From Candidatus Eiseniibacteriota bacterium (lineage in GTDB: Bacteria > Eisenbacteria > RBG-16-71-46), in NCBI GenBank assembly GCA_041483195.1, contig JBGPFC010000001.1:32001-96000 (forward strand): a DNA stretch of 64,000 nt, given 5' to 3'. Shown here one piece after another: positions 28,461 to 37,341 of the stretch (positions within the stretch are counted from its first letter, which is position 1; each line of letters begins with the position of its first letter). The notes under the pieces are model-generated. The model was not told the origin of the DNA, ran no database searches, and saw only the letters and a program-made list of their open reading frames with translations. The position numbers were made by a program, and so were the translations under genes.

Positions 28461-28484
28461 CACGACCCCGGCAAAGGAGCGACG

Positions 28485-28877
28485 ATGGCAAGTCTCTACG
28501 CGGAACTCGGCCGGCGTGAGCGGCAGATCATGGACGTGCTCTTCCGCCACGGCCGCGCGTCGGCGTCCGAAGTCCTGAAGGAGTTGCCCGACCCCCCCAG
28601 CTACTCATCCGTGCGCAGCATGCTTCGGCTGCTCGAGTCGAAGGGGCACGCCCGGCACGAGTGGGACGGGCCGCGGCACGTGTACCTGCCCACCGGACGG
28701 CGCGAGAACGTCCAGCGGTCGGCGGCGCGGCACGTCCTGCGCACGTTCTTCAACAACTCGATGGAGACCGCGGTCGCCGCCATGCTCGGCGCCTCGGAGA
28801 AGCCGATCTCCTCAGACGAGTTCAAGCGCCTCGCGCGTCTGGTGGAGCGCGCGCGCCGCAGCGGAGGTCGGTCATGA
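28485..28877 (+). CDS. BlaI/MecI/CopY-family repressor
   Basis: LGRRERQIMDVL, PSYSSVRSMLRLLESKG, TFFNNS; AAGGAG RBS. Confidence 0.92.
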   Translation: MASLYAELGRRERQIMDVLFRHGRASASEVLKELPDPPSYSSVRSMLRLLESKGHARHEWDGPRHVYLPTGRRENVQRSAARHVLRTFFNNSMETAVAAMLGASEKPISSDEFKRLARLVERARRSGGRS

Positions 28878-31143
28878 GCGGATCGTTCGCCTCACTCTTC
28901 GCGGCGCCCGCCCTGCTCTGGGGGCTCGGCCTCGTCCTCAAGGTGACGGTGATCCTCGCCGCCGGTGCGATCGTCGCCGGCCTCCTGCGCGGCGCGTCAG
29001 CTGCGGTGCGGCACTTCGTGTGGTTGCTCACGCTCGGCGGCGCTCTGGCGCTGGTCGTCGCGTCGCCGCTCGTGCCCGCGGTCGCGATCCCGGTGGGGAT
29101 GCTGCCCGCGATCGCATCGCCGGAGCGTCTCCCCGCGCGCGCGGCCGCGCCGGTCGGCGCCGTCGCCGCGAGCCCCGATCTCGCGGGCCCAACCGCGGGC
29201 TCGGATCGCATCGTGCGCGCCGCGCGCGCGGCCACTCTTTCGTTCGCGTCCGCCGCGTGGCGTCGCGCCGGCGATTGGCTCATCGGATCGTGGCTGCTCG
29301 GCGCGCTCGCGGTGGCGGCGTGGTGCGCGCTCGGCCATGCGGGCCTGGCGCGCCTCGCACGCCGCGCAACGCCGCTCGATGGCGTTGAGTGGCGGTCGCT
29401 CCTCGAGAGCGTCGCCGCGCGCAGCGGCGTGTCCGCGCCCGTGCGCCTCCTGCGCGCCAGGGCCGCGCGATCTCCGCTGACGTGGGGCGCTCGCCGGCCG
29501 ATCGTGCTGCTTCCGGATGACGCGGACACGTGGCCCACCGAGCGGCGCCGGGTCGTGCTCGCGCACGAGCTGGCGCACGCGGCGCGTGGCGATTACCTGG
29601 TGCAGCTCGTCGCCTGCGCGGCCTGCGCGCTCTACTGGTTTCACCCGCTGGTCTGGATCGCCGCCCGCCGGCTTCACCTCGAGAGCGAGCGCGCCTGCGA
29701 CGATCACGTCCTGGTTCGCGGCGCGTCGGGGCCTGAATACGCCACCCACCTGCTCGACGTCGCGCGCCGATACCGGGCGCTCGGGGCGGGCGGAATGCTC
29801 GCGATCGGGATGGCGCAGTCGTCGCAGCTCGAAGGGCGGTTGCTCGCGGTGCTCGACGAGTCGCGTTCGCGCGAGGTGCCGAGGCGCCGCGCGTTCGGGT
29901 GGGTAGCGCTCGGGCTCATCGTGCTGCCGCTCGCCACACTCCGATTCTCCGCGCGCCCCGCGGCCGCCGCGCCGCGGCCGGAACATTACGCGACGGACGC
30001 GAGATCGGGCAGCGCCAACCTGGAGAGCGCGGTCGGTGCCTCGCCCGGTGAACGACTGGTGATCGATCTGGAGACCGGCGGGTACGTGGATGTTCACGGC
30101 TGGGATCAGCCGATGGTGCGGGTTCGCTCTCAGCTGAGGGGGCGGGATTGGCGTTCCAGCCGCGTGTCGCTCGAGCGCACCGATCGCGGCGCACGGTTAC
30201 ACGCGTGGCAGGCGGACGACCTCCACTCCTCCTCCACCTCGCACCATTTCGAAATCCTGGTGCCGAAACGCTTCGATGTCCGGATCAGCTCCGCCGGGGG
30301 AACCCTGCTGCTGACCGATCTCGATGGAGAGTTCACGGGCAACACCGGCGGTGGCGGGTTCGTGATCAACCACGTGCGCGGAAAGGCGTCGCTCAGCACC
30401 GGCGGCGGAGACATCGACGTGGACGACGTCGATCTGAGCGGCTCCCTCGACACCGGGGGCGGACACGTCAGGCTGTCGAGGACGCGCGGCGATTTGAAGA
30501 GCTGGTCGGGGAGCGGGCCCACCATCGAGGAGGACCGGGGCGAGAAAGAGTCCGGGGATCTGCGTCACGTCACGATCGACGACGCGGGCATCCACGTCGG
30601 GAAGGGCGCCGATGGCTCGGACGCCCGGGGCAAGCTCCACATCAACCAGGGGGGCGGCGACGTCGTACTCGACCGCGCCCCCGACGGAGCCCAGATCCTG
30701 ACCGGCGGCGGGACGATCCGCGTCGGCGAGGCCGGGAACGACGTGAGCGCGACCACCGGCGGTGGTGACATCGAGATCGGACCGGTCTCGGGCTCGGTGC
30801 GCGCGAGCACCGGAGCGGGCGACGTCACCGTGACGATCGTCGGCGCGGATGGGGTCGAGCGCTCCGTCGACATCGGCTCGGGAACGGGATCCGTGGTGCT
30901 CGAGCTGCCCCCGGTCTGTCGGCGCGCTTCGATCTCGAAACGGCCTACACGAACAACTTCGAGCGTCGCACGCGGATCACGAGCGACTGGAATCTGGAAC
31001 AATCCGAGACCCGGCAGTGGGACGGCTCCCACGGCACGCCGCGCAAGTACGTGCGCGCGCGCGGATCGGTCGGCGGGGGCGGCGGGTACATCCGCGTGCG
31101 GATCGTGAACGGCGATATCACGGTGAGGCGCGGACGGACCTGA
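28874..31143 (+). CDS. BlaR1/M56 peptidase membrane sensor with C-terminal DUF4097-like beta-repeat domain; single-base frameshift at ~30908-30912
   Basis: HELAH, YWFHPLVW, ERACDD; TGGGDI repeats; natural C-terminus (GLSARFDLETAYT..NGDITVRRGRT*) continues in a shifted frame. Confidence 0.82.
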
Positions 31144-31177
31144 GCGGACCGGGGCATTCGCCGAGTCGCGCGCTCCC

Positions 31178-32536
31178 CTACGCCGTCTTCGCGCTCGCCC
31201 GCTCCACCGCGCGCTTCAGGATGTCGAGCGCCTCGTCCAGCTCGGCGGTCGTCACGTCGAGCGGCGGGCGGAAGCGCAGGCTGCGCGTGCCGCACCCGAG
31301 AATGATCATGCCCAGCTCGTAGGCGCGCTCGGCGGCCGCGTCGCGCACCGCACCGTCGGGTAGATCGATCGCGCACATCAGGCCGCGGCCGCGCGCGTTG
31401 CTCAGGATTTCGGGGCGCTCGGCCGCGAGTGCCTCGAGCCCGCGCTTCAAGTGCGCGCCGGTGGACTGCGCGCGCTCGATCAGCCGCTCGGATTCCATGA
31501 TCTCGAGGTAGCGCTGGCAGCGCACCATGTCCACCAGGTTGCCGCCCCATGTGGAGTTGATGCGGCTCGACACGCGGAACACGTTGTCGGGCTCGACGTC
31601 GAGCATCGGGCCGCCGAGCATGCCGCACACCTGCGTCTTCTTGCCGAACGCGAGCAGGTCGGGGCGGACGTCGTCGTGCTGGTGGTTCCACATGCGGCCG
31701 GTCAGGCCCATGCCGGTCTGCACCTCGTCGAACACCAGCAGCGCGTGGTTCTCGTGCGCGACGTCGCGCAGCGCGCGCAGGAACTCGGGGCGGAAGTGGC
31801 GATCGCCACCCTCGGCCTGGATCGGCTCGATCAGGATGCAGGCGATGTCGTCCTTGCGCTGCGCGAACGCGTTCTTGATGGCGGCGAGCGATTCGTTCTC
31901 GGCGCGCCGCACGCGCTCGATCTCGGCGGCATCGAGCGGGAAGCGCAGATGCGGCGCATCGACCCGCGGCCAGTCGAAGCGCGGGTAGTACTGGTACTTC
32001 TTCGGATCGGCGGTGTTGGTGAGCGACAGGGTGTAGCCGGAGCGCCCATGGAACGCGCCCCGGAAGTGCAGCACCTGTTGGCCCTTCTCCTCGCGATAGC
32101 CCTTGCGGAAGTTCTGGCGCACCTTCCAGTCGAACGCCGCCTTGAGCGCGTTCTCCACCCCGAGCGTTCCGCCCGCGACGAAGAACGCGTGCGGCAGGTA
32201 GTCGGGCATCGCGAGCCGGCCGAAGGTGGCGACGAACTCGCCCATCTCGACGGTGTAGATGTCGGAGTTGGTCGGGTTCGAGACCGCGGCGCGCGTGAGG
32301 CGCGCGAGGAATGCCGGCTCCTTCATCATCGGGTGGTTCATCCCGACCGGCGCGGTCGCGAAGAACGAGAACATGTCGAGGTAGAAGCGCTCGCCGCGCG
32401 CGTCGTAGAGCCGCCGCCCCTGCGACTTCTCGAGGTCGAGCACGATGTCGTAGCCGTCGGCCAGCATGTGGCGCGCGAGCGCGCCGTGCACCTCGGCGGG
32501 CGCGAGCGCCTTCCCGGTCTGCGTGGTGGTCTTCAT
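31178..32536 (-). CDS. lat: L-lysine 6-transaminase
   Basis: HMLADGYDIVLDL, VENALKAAFDWK, FHGRSGYTLSLTNT, EPIQAEGGD, DEVQTG, FGKKTQVCG. Confidence 0.93.
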   Translation of the reverse strand: MKTTTQTGKALAPAEVHGALARHMLADGYDIVLDLEKSQGRRLYDARGERFYLDMFSFFATAPVGMNHPMMKEPAFLARLTRAAVSNPTNSDIYTVEMGEFVATFGRLAMPDYLPHAFFVAGGTLGVENALKAAFDWKVRQNFRKGYREEKGQQVLHFRGAFHGRSGYTLSLTNTADPKKYQYYPRFDWPRVDAPHLRFPLDAAEIERVRRAENESLAAIKNAFAQRKDDIACILIEPIQAEGGDRHFRPEFLRALRDVAHENHALLVFDEVQTGMGLTGRMWNHQHDDVRPDLLAFGKKTQVCGMLGGPMLDVEPDNVFRVSSRINSTWGGNLVDMVRCQRYLEIMESERLIERAQSTGAHLKRGLEALAAERPEILSNARGRGLMCAIDLPDGAVRDAAAERAYELGMIILGCGTRSLRFRPPLDVTTAELDEALDILKRAVERASAKTA

Positions 32537-33030
32537 GGGGTGTCCCCTTTCGCGTTCGCCGTGACGAAGCTCTCTTCCTTCACGGTCGAGAGCACGATCA
32601 CGGTGCGGGTCTGGCGCACGCCCTCGTGGGCGTTGAGCTTGTGGATCAGCAGATTTTGCAGTGCTTCCATATCGGCCACGCGCACCTTCAGCATCAGCGA
32701 GAATTCCCCGGTGATGTGATGGCACTCCTGCACCTCGTCCATCTTCAGCACCTTCTCGATGAACGCCGGCTCGCTGCGCGGGTGCTCGATGAACACTTCC
32801 ACGAACGCCGCGATCGCCGCGCCCACCGCGCGCGGGTCCACGATCGCCGCGTAGTGACGGATCGCCCCCGAGGCCTCGAGCTTGCGTAGCCGCTCGTTGA
32901 CCGCTGCGGCCGAGAGCCCGACCCGCTTCGCGACCTCGGCCTGCGGCAGCTTGGCGTCGCGCTGCACCAGCTCCAAGATGCGGCGGTCCTTCTCGTCGAG
33001 AGACTGGGATATGTTCAGCTTCTTGCGCAT
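32533..33030 (-). CDS. Lrp/AsnC-family regulator, translationally coupled to lat
   Basis: LDEKDRRILELVQRDA HTH and ECHHITGE RAM domain. Confidence 0.93.
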   Translation of the reverse strand: MRKKLNISQSLDEKDRRILELVQRDAKLPQAEVAKRVGLSAAAVNERLRKLEASGAIRHYAAIVDPRAVGAAIAAFVEVFIEHPRSEPAFIEKVLKMDEVQECHHITGEFSLMLKVRVADMEALQNLLIHKLNAHEGVRQTRTVIVLSTVKEESFVTANAKGDTP

Positions 33031-33149
33031 GGGACGAGTATATATTCGGCAGGATCGACTTTCAATCGTAGATAATTCGGAAGTAGCCAGTTAGCGCACG
33101 AATCTCATTTGGCAGAGGCACAGACCATGCCCTTCATGGTGACGCTGAC

Positions 33150-33320
33150 CTAACCCTTGGGCCGCTTCGGCTTGCGGCGTTTCTTCGCGTACTTGCGCTT
33201 CGGACGATCCGGCCAGCCTCCGGCGGGTTTCTTCTTCGCCATGGCCTTCGCTGCAGCGGACTCCCAATCGCCTTCGACCTGAAGCGTCGAAGATTGTCTA
33301 GGCTCTTTTCGCGCGCTCAA
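33150..33320 (-). CDS. Small basic hypothetical protein
   Basis: TTG after GGAGG; EGDWESAAAKAMAKKKPAGGWP, Lys/Arg-rich tail. Confidence 0.5.
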   Translation of the reverse strand: MSARKEPRQSSTLQVEGDWESAAAKAMAKKKPAGGWPDRPKRKYAKKRRKPKRPKG

Positions 33321-33472
33321 TCGGCCTCCGAATCGCTGCACATTCACGAATGCCGCGTGAAAGGATGACCAAATGCCCCTTGACAGACGACAGGCCGTTG
33401 ACCTTCAACGCGATCCATTGACGGATGCAGGCCATCCGTGCGATAGTGCGCTCCGTCGGCGTCTAGCCCATC

Positions 33473-33901
33473 ATGGAGGGGGAAGTGAAACCCGATATCA
33501 AAGACTTTGACTCGCTGCGTCGGAAACTTCTCGTCGAACAGATCAACGCGTACAAGGGCCAGATCCAGAGGCTCCAGCGCCGCGTTGATGAACTTGAATC
33601 GTTCCGCGGCTGGCTCGACTCGACCGCGAAAGCGATCGCTGAAGGTGCTTCCACTCCGCCCTCCAAGAACGGCGGCAAGACGCTTGCGGGATACATCGCA
33701 CAGGTCCTCACGGCGGCGATCCCCAAGGCTCTTGCGGCGCCCGAAATCGGAAAGCGGGTCGAGAGTCTCGGCTACTCGACGAGCGCGAAGACCGCCCTTC
33801 CGCAGAAGATCCGCGCCGAGCTGCTGAGGCAGATCAAGAAGGGCGGGCTTGGAATCGTTCGGACCGGCCGCGGCAAGTACACGATCCGGGACAGGCACTG
33901 A
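33473..33901 (+). CDS. Coiled-coil + winged-helix (HARE-HTH-like) DNA-binding protein
   Basis: N-terminal heptads; C-terminal TLAGYIAQVL..EIGKRVESLGY..IVRTGRGKYTI. Confidence 0.55.
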   Translation: MEGEVKPDIKDFDSLRRKLLVEQINAYKGQIQRLQRRVDELESFRGWLDSTAKAIAEGASTPPSKNGGKTLAGYIAQVLTAAIPKALAAPEIGKRVESLGYSTSAKTALPQKIRAELLRQIKKGGLGIVRTGRGKYTIRDRH

Positions 33902-33931
33902 CGGTGCCATGTCGCTGACAGGGAGGTGAGC

Positions 33932-33967
33932 ATGCAAACGAGAGAGGCCGACTGGGCGGCCGAGTAA
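33932..33967 (+). other. 11-codon micro-ORF MQTREADWAAE* with strong RBS (possible leader peptide)
   Basis: GGAGGTG immediately upstream; its 3' end is complementary to the loop of the next hairpin. Confidence 0.3.
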
Positions 33968-34044
33968 ACGAGAAGGGGAGCGGCGGCTCTTGCTTGGTCG
34001 GCCGAGCGCCACTCCCCACCCAGGCAGTTCTTCTGGTCCGGATT

Positions 34045-34118
34045 CCCCGGCTAGCCCAACAGGAAGAGGCGCACGCTTTGGAAGCGTGGCAGTAGGGGTC
34101 CGAATCCCCTGCCGGGGA
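34045..34118 (+). tRNA. Atypical tRNA-Pro(UGG) or tRNA-like element
   Basis: Acceptor CCCCGGC/GCCGGGG (7/7) with A73; T8A9; D arm GCC..GG..GGC; anticodon stem CACGC/GCGTG, loop TTTGGAA; T stem AGGGG/CCCCT, loop TCCGAAT (C at 55); no adjacent CCA. Confidence 0.65.
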
Positions 34119-34141
34119 TTTCCATGACGCTGACATGGAGC

Positions 34142-34161
34142 GGGGCTTGCTGTCAAGCCCC
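34142..34161. other. Perfect 8-bp hairpin GGGGCTTG-CTGT-CAAGCCCC between the tRNA-like element and the nuclease gene
   Basis: Read directly from the sequence. Confidence 0.5.
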
Positions 34162-34182
34162 CCAATTTCGCAAGGAGTTACC

Positions 34183-34470
34183 ATGCCGTTTCCTGAGCAG
34201 AAAGCGAGGCCGTTCACGAAGGATGCGAGCTTCGCGCTCAACCCGAACCAGCTTGGATGCTACGGACTGTTTGTGGCTAACGGTCCGTGGGTCTATGTCG
34301 GCAAGGGCGACATTCGCCAGAGATTGCTCGATCACTTCAACGGCGACAACGGCTGCATCACCGGGCAGCACCCGACTCACTGGAAAGATGTCGTGACGGC
34401 TGATGCGGACGCCGTCGAGAAGCAACTGATCGTGGAACTCAAGCCGCATTGCAACCTCAGGGTGGGCTAG
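34183..34470 (+). CDS. Minimal stand-alone GIY-YIG-superfamily nuclease (95 aa)
   Basis: GCYGL..VYVGKG..IRQRL..H..E..L.P.CN pattern; AAGGAG RBS. Confidence 0.7.
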   Translation: MPFPEQKARPFTKDASFALNPNQLGCYGLFVANGPWVYVGKGDIRQRLLDHFNGDNGCITGQHPTHWKDVVTADADAVEKQLIVELKPHCNLRVG

Positions 34471-34706
34471 GAACATCCTGAGCCGGTTCCATCGAACCGT
34501 CCAGATAAGCGGTGAAAGAAGAAGTCGCGCCCGTTCACGGTGACGATAGTGAACAATGCCGTGGACTTCACGCTGATCGAGTGCCCGGAAGTCTCGTCTT
34601 GGATCTCAACGTCCTTGATGAAGCCGGGCGCTCGCAGCTTGCGAAGCATGGTGCCCACGATCTGCGTGCCGCGGATCGTAATCCGGTCCCATGCGCTGCC
34701 GCTCAT
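34467..34706 (-). CDS. Small hypothetical protein convergent with the nuclease gene
   Basis: 79-aa ORF with plausible composition (VTVNGRDFFFHRLSGRFDGTG); stop codons overlap. Confidence 0.5.
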   Translation of the reverse strand: MSGSAWDRITIRGTQIVGTMLRKLRAPGFIKDVEIQDETSGHSISVKSTALFTIVTVNGRDFFFHRLSGRFDGTGSGCS

Positions 34707-34725
34707 TTGCTAGACTCGGCGCTTC

Positions 34726-35346
34726 ATGATCTTCGCGATCGACCTCGAGGGCGTGCTCGCCCCGGAAATCTGGCCCATCCTCGGGGCCGAGTTCGAGTTG
34801 CCCGATCTGCAGCTCACGACCCGCGACATGGCGGACTTCTCGGAGCTGATGCACCGCCGGGTCGCGGCCACGCGCTCGCGCGGGCTCAAGCTCACCGACC
34901 TCCAGCGCGTGGCGCACGCGCTCGAGCCCTACCTCGGCGCTCGCGAGTTCCTCGCGCGGCTGCGCTCGCTCGGGCAGGTGATCGTGATCTCCGACACCTT
35001 CCACGAGTTCTCGGACCCGCTGGTGCAGAAGCTCGGCGGGCACAACCTGTTCGCGAACCGCTTCGTGCTCGACGCGGAGGGCATGCTGCAGGGCTTCGAG
35101 CTGCGGATCCGCGGGCAGAAGGAGCGCATCGTGTCGGGCTTCCACGCGGCGGGCTTTCGGGTCGCGGCGGTGGGCGACAGCCTGAACGACCTCTCGATCC
35201 TCAAGACCTGCGACTTCCCGGTGCTCTATCGTCCGGTCGATGCGCTGCGCCGCGAGTTCCCGAACGCCGCCACCGTGCAGAACCTCGACGACGCGCTGGC
35301 CGCGCTCGAGCGCGCGGCGCGCGAGCTGGAGAACGGCGGGGCGTAG
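34726..35346 (+). CDS. thrH: Phosphoserine phosphatase / homoserine phosphotransferase (HAD)
   Basis: DLEGVLAPEIW, TTRD, ISDTF, GDSLND. Confidence 0.88.
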   Translation: MIFAIDLEGVLAPEIWPILGAEFELPDLQLTTRDMADFSELMHRRVAATRSRGLKLTDLQRVAHALEPYLGAREFLARLRSLGQVIVISDTFHEFSDPLVQKLGGHNLFANRFVLDAEGMLQGFELRIRGQKERIVSGFHAAGFRVAAVGDSLNDLSILKTCDFPVLYRPVDALRREFPNAATVQNLDDALAALERAARELENGGA

Positions 35347-35375
35347 CGGGCGTGCGGGCGGCGGCGGCGCGCGCT

Positions 35376-36077
35376 TCACTCCCCCGCCGAGATCCCCCTC
35401 GCCCACGCGACGATCGCCTCCGGATCGGTGAGATCGTCGAGCGCGAGGTCCGGCGCGTGCGCCGCGAGCGCATCGCGCGACTGCCCGCCGGTCGCGACCG
35501 CGATCACGCGCGCACCGGCGGCTCGCGCGCACGCCACGTCGTGCTCGGTGTCGCCCACCACCACGCAACGCGCGGGCGGGATGCCCCAGCGCCCGGCGAC
35601 GCGCGCCACCGCGACCCGCGCGAGCGCGTCGCGATCGGCGGCCTCCTCACCGAACGCTCCGAACGCGAAACGCGGCTGAAGGCCGAAGCGATCGAGCTTG
35701 ATGCGCGCCATCTCGGTCATGTTGCCGGTGAGCAGTCCCATCACCCAGCCGCGCTCGCGCTCGATCCGGTCGAGCAGCGCGGGCACGCCCGGCATCAGGC
35801 GGCCGCGCGGCGGAACCAGCGCGGCGCGCATCGCGTCGAACACCGCGTGCCAGAAGCGCGCCTCGTCGCCGTCTGTGAAGCGGCGGGCGTGCTTGGCGAG
35901 GATGTCGCGCAGGATCAGCGGTTCGGTCCGGCCGGCGAACGCGATGTCGGCGAGATCGTCGCTCACGCCCAGCCGCTCGCGCACCGCTTGCGCGAAGGCC
36001 TGCCGTGCGGCGCCCTCGGTGGTGAGCAGCGTGCCGTCGACGTCGAACAGCCAGGCGAGCGTGGGCGGAGGGTTCAT
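35376..36077 (-). CDS. HAD-family hydrolase (phosphoglycolate phosphatase-like)
   Basis: FDVDGTL, LLTGN, VGDTEHD; start may instead be 36089. Confidence 0.9.
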   Translation of the reverse strand: MNPPPTLAWLFDVDGTLLTTEGAARQAFAQAVRERLGVSDDLADIAFAGRTEPLILRDILAKHARRFTDGDEARFWHAVFDAMRAALVPPRGRLMPGVPALLDRIERERGWVMGLLTGNMTEMARIKLDRFGLQPRFAFGAFGEEAADRDALARVAVARVAGRWGIPPARCVVVGDTEHDVACARAAGARVIAVATGGQSRDALAAHAPDLALDDLTDPEAIVAWARGISAGE

Positions 36078-36156
36078 GGGGACGGGCATTCGAAGCGCCC
36101 GGCATGCTAGCATAGTCACGCTCGAACGCCTTCCGCTCCCCGCTCCGGAGACCCCC

Positions 36157-37341
36157 GTGACCCGCCAATCGCTTCGCCGCAACGCGCGATCCGCCGCGGC
36201 GCTCGCTGTCATCTTCGCGTGCGCCACCGCGCCGATCGTGGCCGCCGCCGCCGACTCGCCCGCGCCACGACTCGTCGCCGCGCCGCAGGTCGACGCCTCC
36301 GTCGAGCTGACCTGGGACGTGGTGTTCACGATTTTCAATCCGCTCGGGGTGGGGATCTATCCCGATAGCCTGACTTTGGTAGTCGAGGACCTCGACCCGG
36401 GCGAGACCCGCGCGCCACGCACGTCCTCACTCGATCTCGCGCCGCTGCTCCGGGCGGTGGAATCGGTGGGCGCTGGCGACAGCGCCACGTTCCAATCCAG
36501 CGTGCCCGCGACCGCCGAGCACGCGCGGCTCACGTTCAAGCTCGGCGTCCGTCAGGGCGACCGCGTCACCTACGCCTCGACCGCCACGGTCGAGGCGATG
36601 CCCGGCCCCTTCTCGCTCGAACATCCGTCGCAGTTCCTGGAGGTCGGCGGCAAGAAGGTCGAGTACGTGCTGGTCCCCGCCGCGCGCGACAGCGGCCTCG
36701 CCCCCGGGCTGATGATGATTCACGGCCACGCCAATCACGCGCGCAAGATGCTGCGCTCGGCGCGCATGTACTCGGCGCGCGGCTACACCGTGTTGCTCGC
36801 GAGCATGCCGGGCTACGGACAGTCGGATGGCCCGCCCGATTTCATGGGGCCCGCCACGGTGAAGGCGATGGCTGCGGCGTTCGACCGTCTGAAGGCGGCG
36901 CCCGGAGTCGACCCGAAGCGGCTCGGGCTGTGGGGCGTCTCGCGCGGCGCCACGGTGGTGACGCTGCTCGCCCAGCAGCGCAACGACGTGGCGTGCGTGA
37001 TCTCCCAGTCCGGCATCTACGACATGTGGGCCGGGTATCGCGGCACCGGGATCCCTGGCATTCGCGAGAACATGGTGAACGAGATGGGACGCGACAGCAG
37101 CGCGTGGCGCGCGCGCTCCCCGGCGCTCGCCACCGGCAAGCCGGGCGCTGCGTTCCTGATCCTGCACGGCGAGAACGACGCGAACGTGCCGTTCGCGCAG
37201 GCGCGCGGCTTCGCGCAGGCGCTCGCGGCGCGCGGGGTGACGGTCGAGACCCGCTTCTTCCCAGACGCCGAGCACATGCTGCCGCGCGGCGAGGTACAGC
37301 GCACGGCGGTCGAATTCCTCAAGCGCCAGCTCGCCCCTTGA
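36157..37341 (+). CDS. Secreted alpha/beta hydrolase (S9 peptidase-like)
   Basis: Signal peptide; GVSRG nucleophile elbow, HGENDANV, AEH; GTG after GGAG. Confidence 0.82.
   Translation: MTRQSLRRNARSAAALAVIFACATAPIVAAAADSPAPRLVAAPQVDASVELTWDVVFTIFNPLGVGIYPDSLTLVVEDLDPGETRAPRTSSLDLAPLLRAVESVGAGDSATFQSSVPATAEHARLTFKLGVRQGDRVTYASTATVEAMPGPFSLEHPSQFLEVGGKKVEYVLVPAARDSGLAPGLMMIHGHANHARKMLRSARMYSARGYTVLLASMPGYGQSDGPPDFMGPATVKAMAAAFDRLKAAPGVDPKRLGLWGVSRGATVVTLLAQQRNDVACVISQSGIYDMWAGYRGTGIPGIRENMVNEMGRDSSAWRARSPALATGKPGAAFLILHGENDANVPFAQARGFAQALAARGVTVETRFFPDAEHMLPRGEVQRTAVEFLKRQLAP

Noticed and set aside
33104..33140. Weak similarity to the thrH start region (34702-34730) as a possible third terminus duplication
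   Set aside because: Only about 14/20 matches with inconsistent spacing; not distinguishable from chance.
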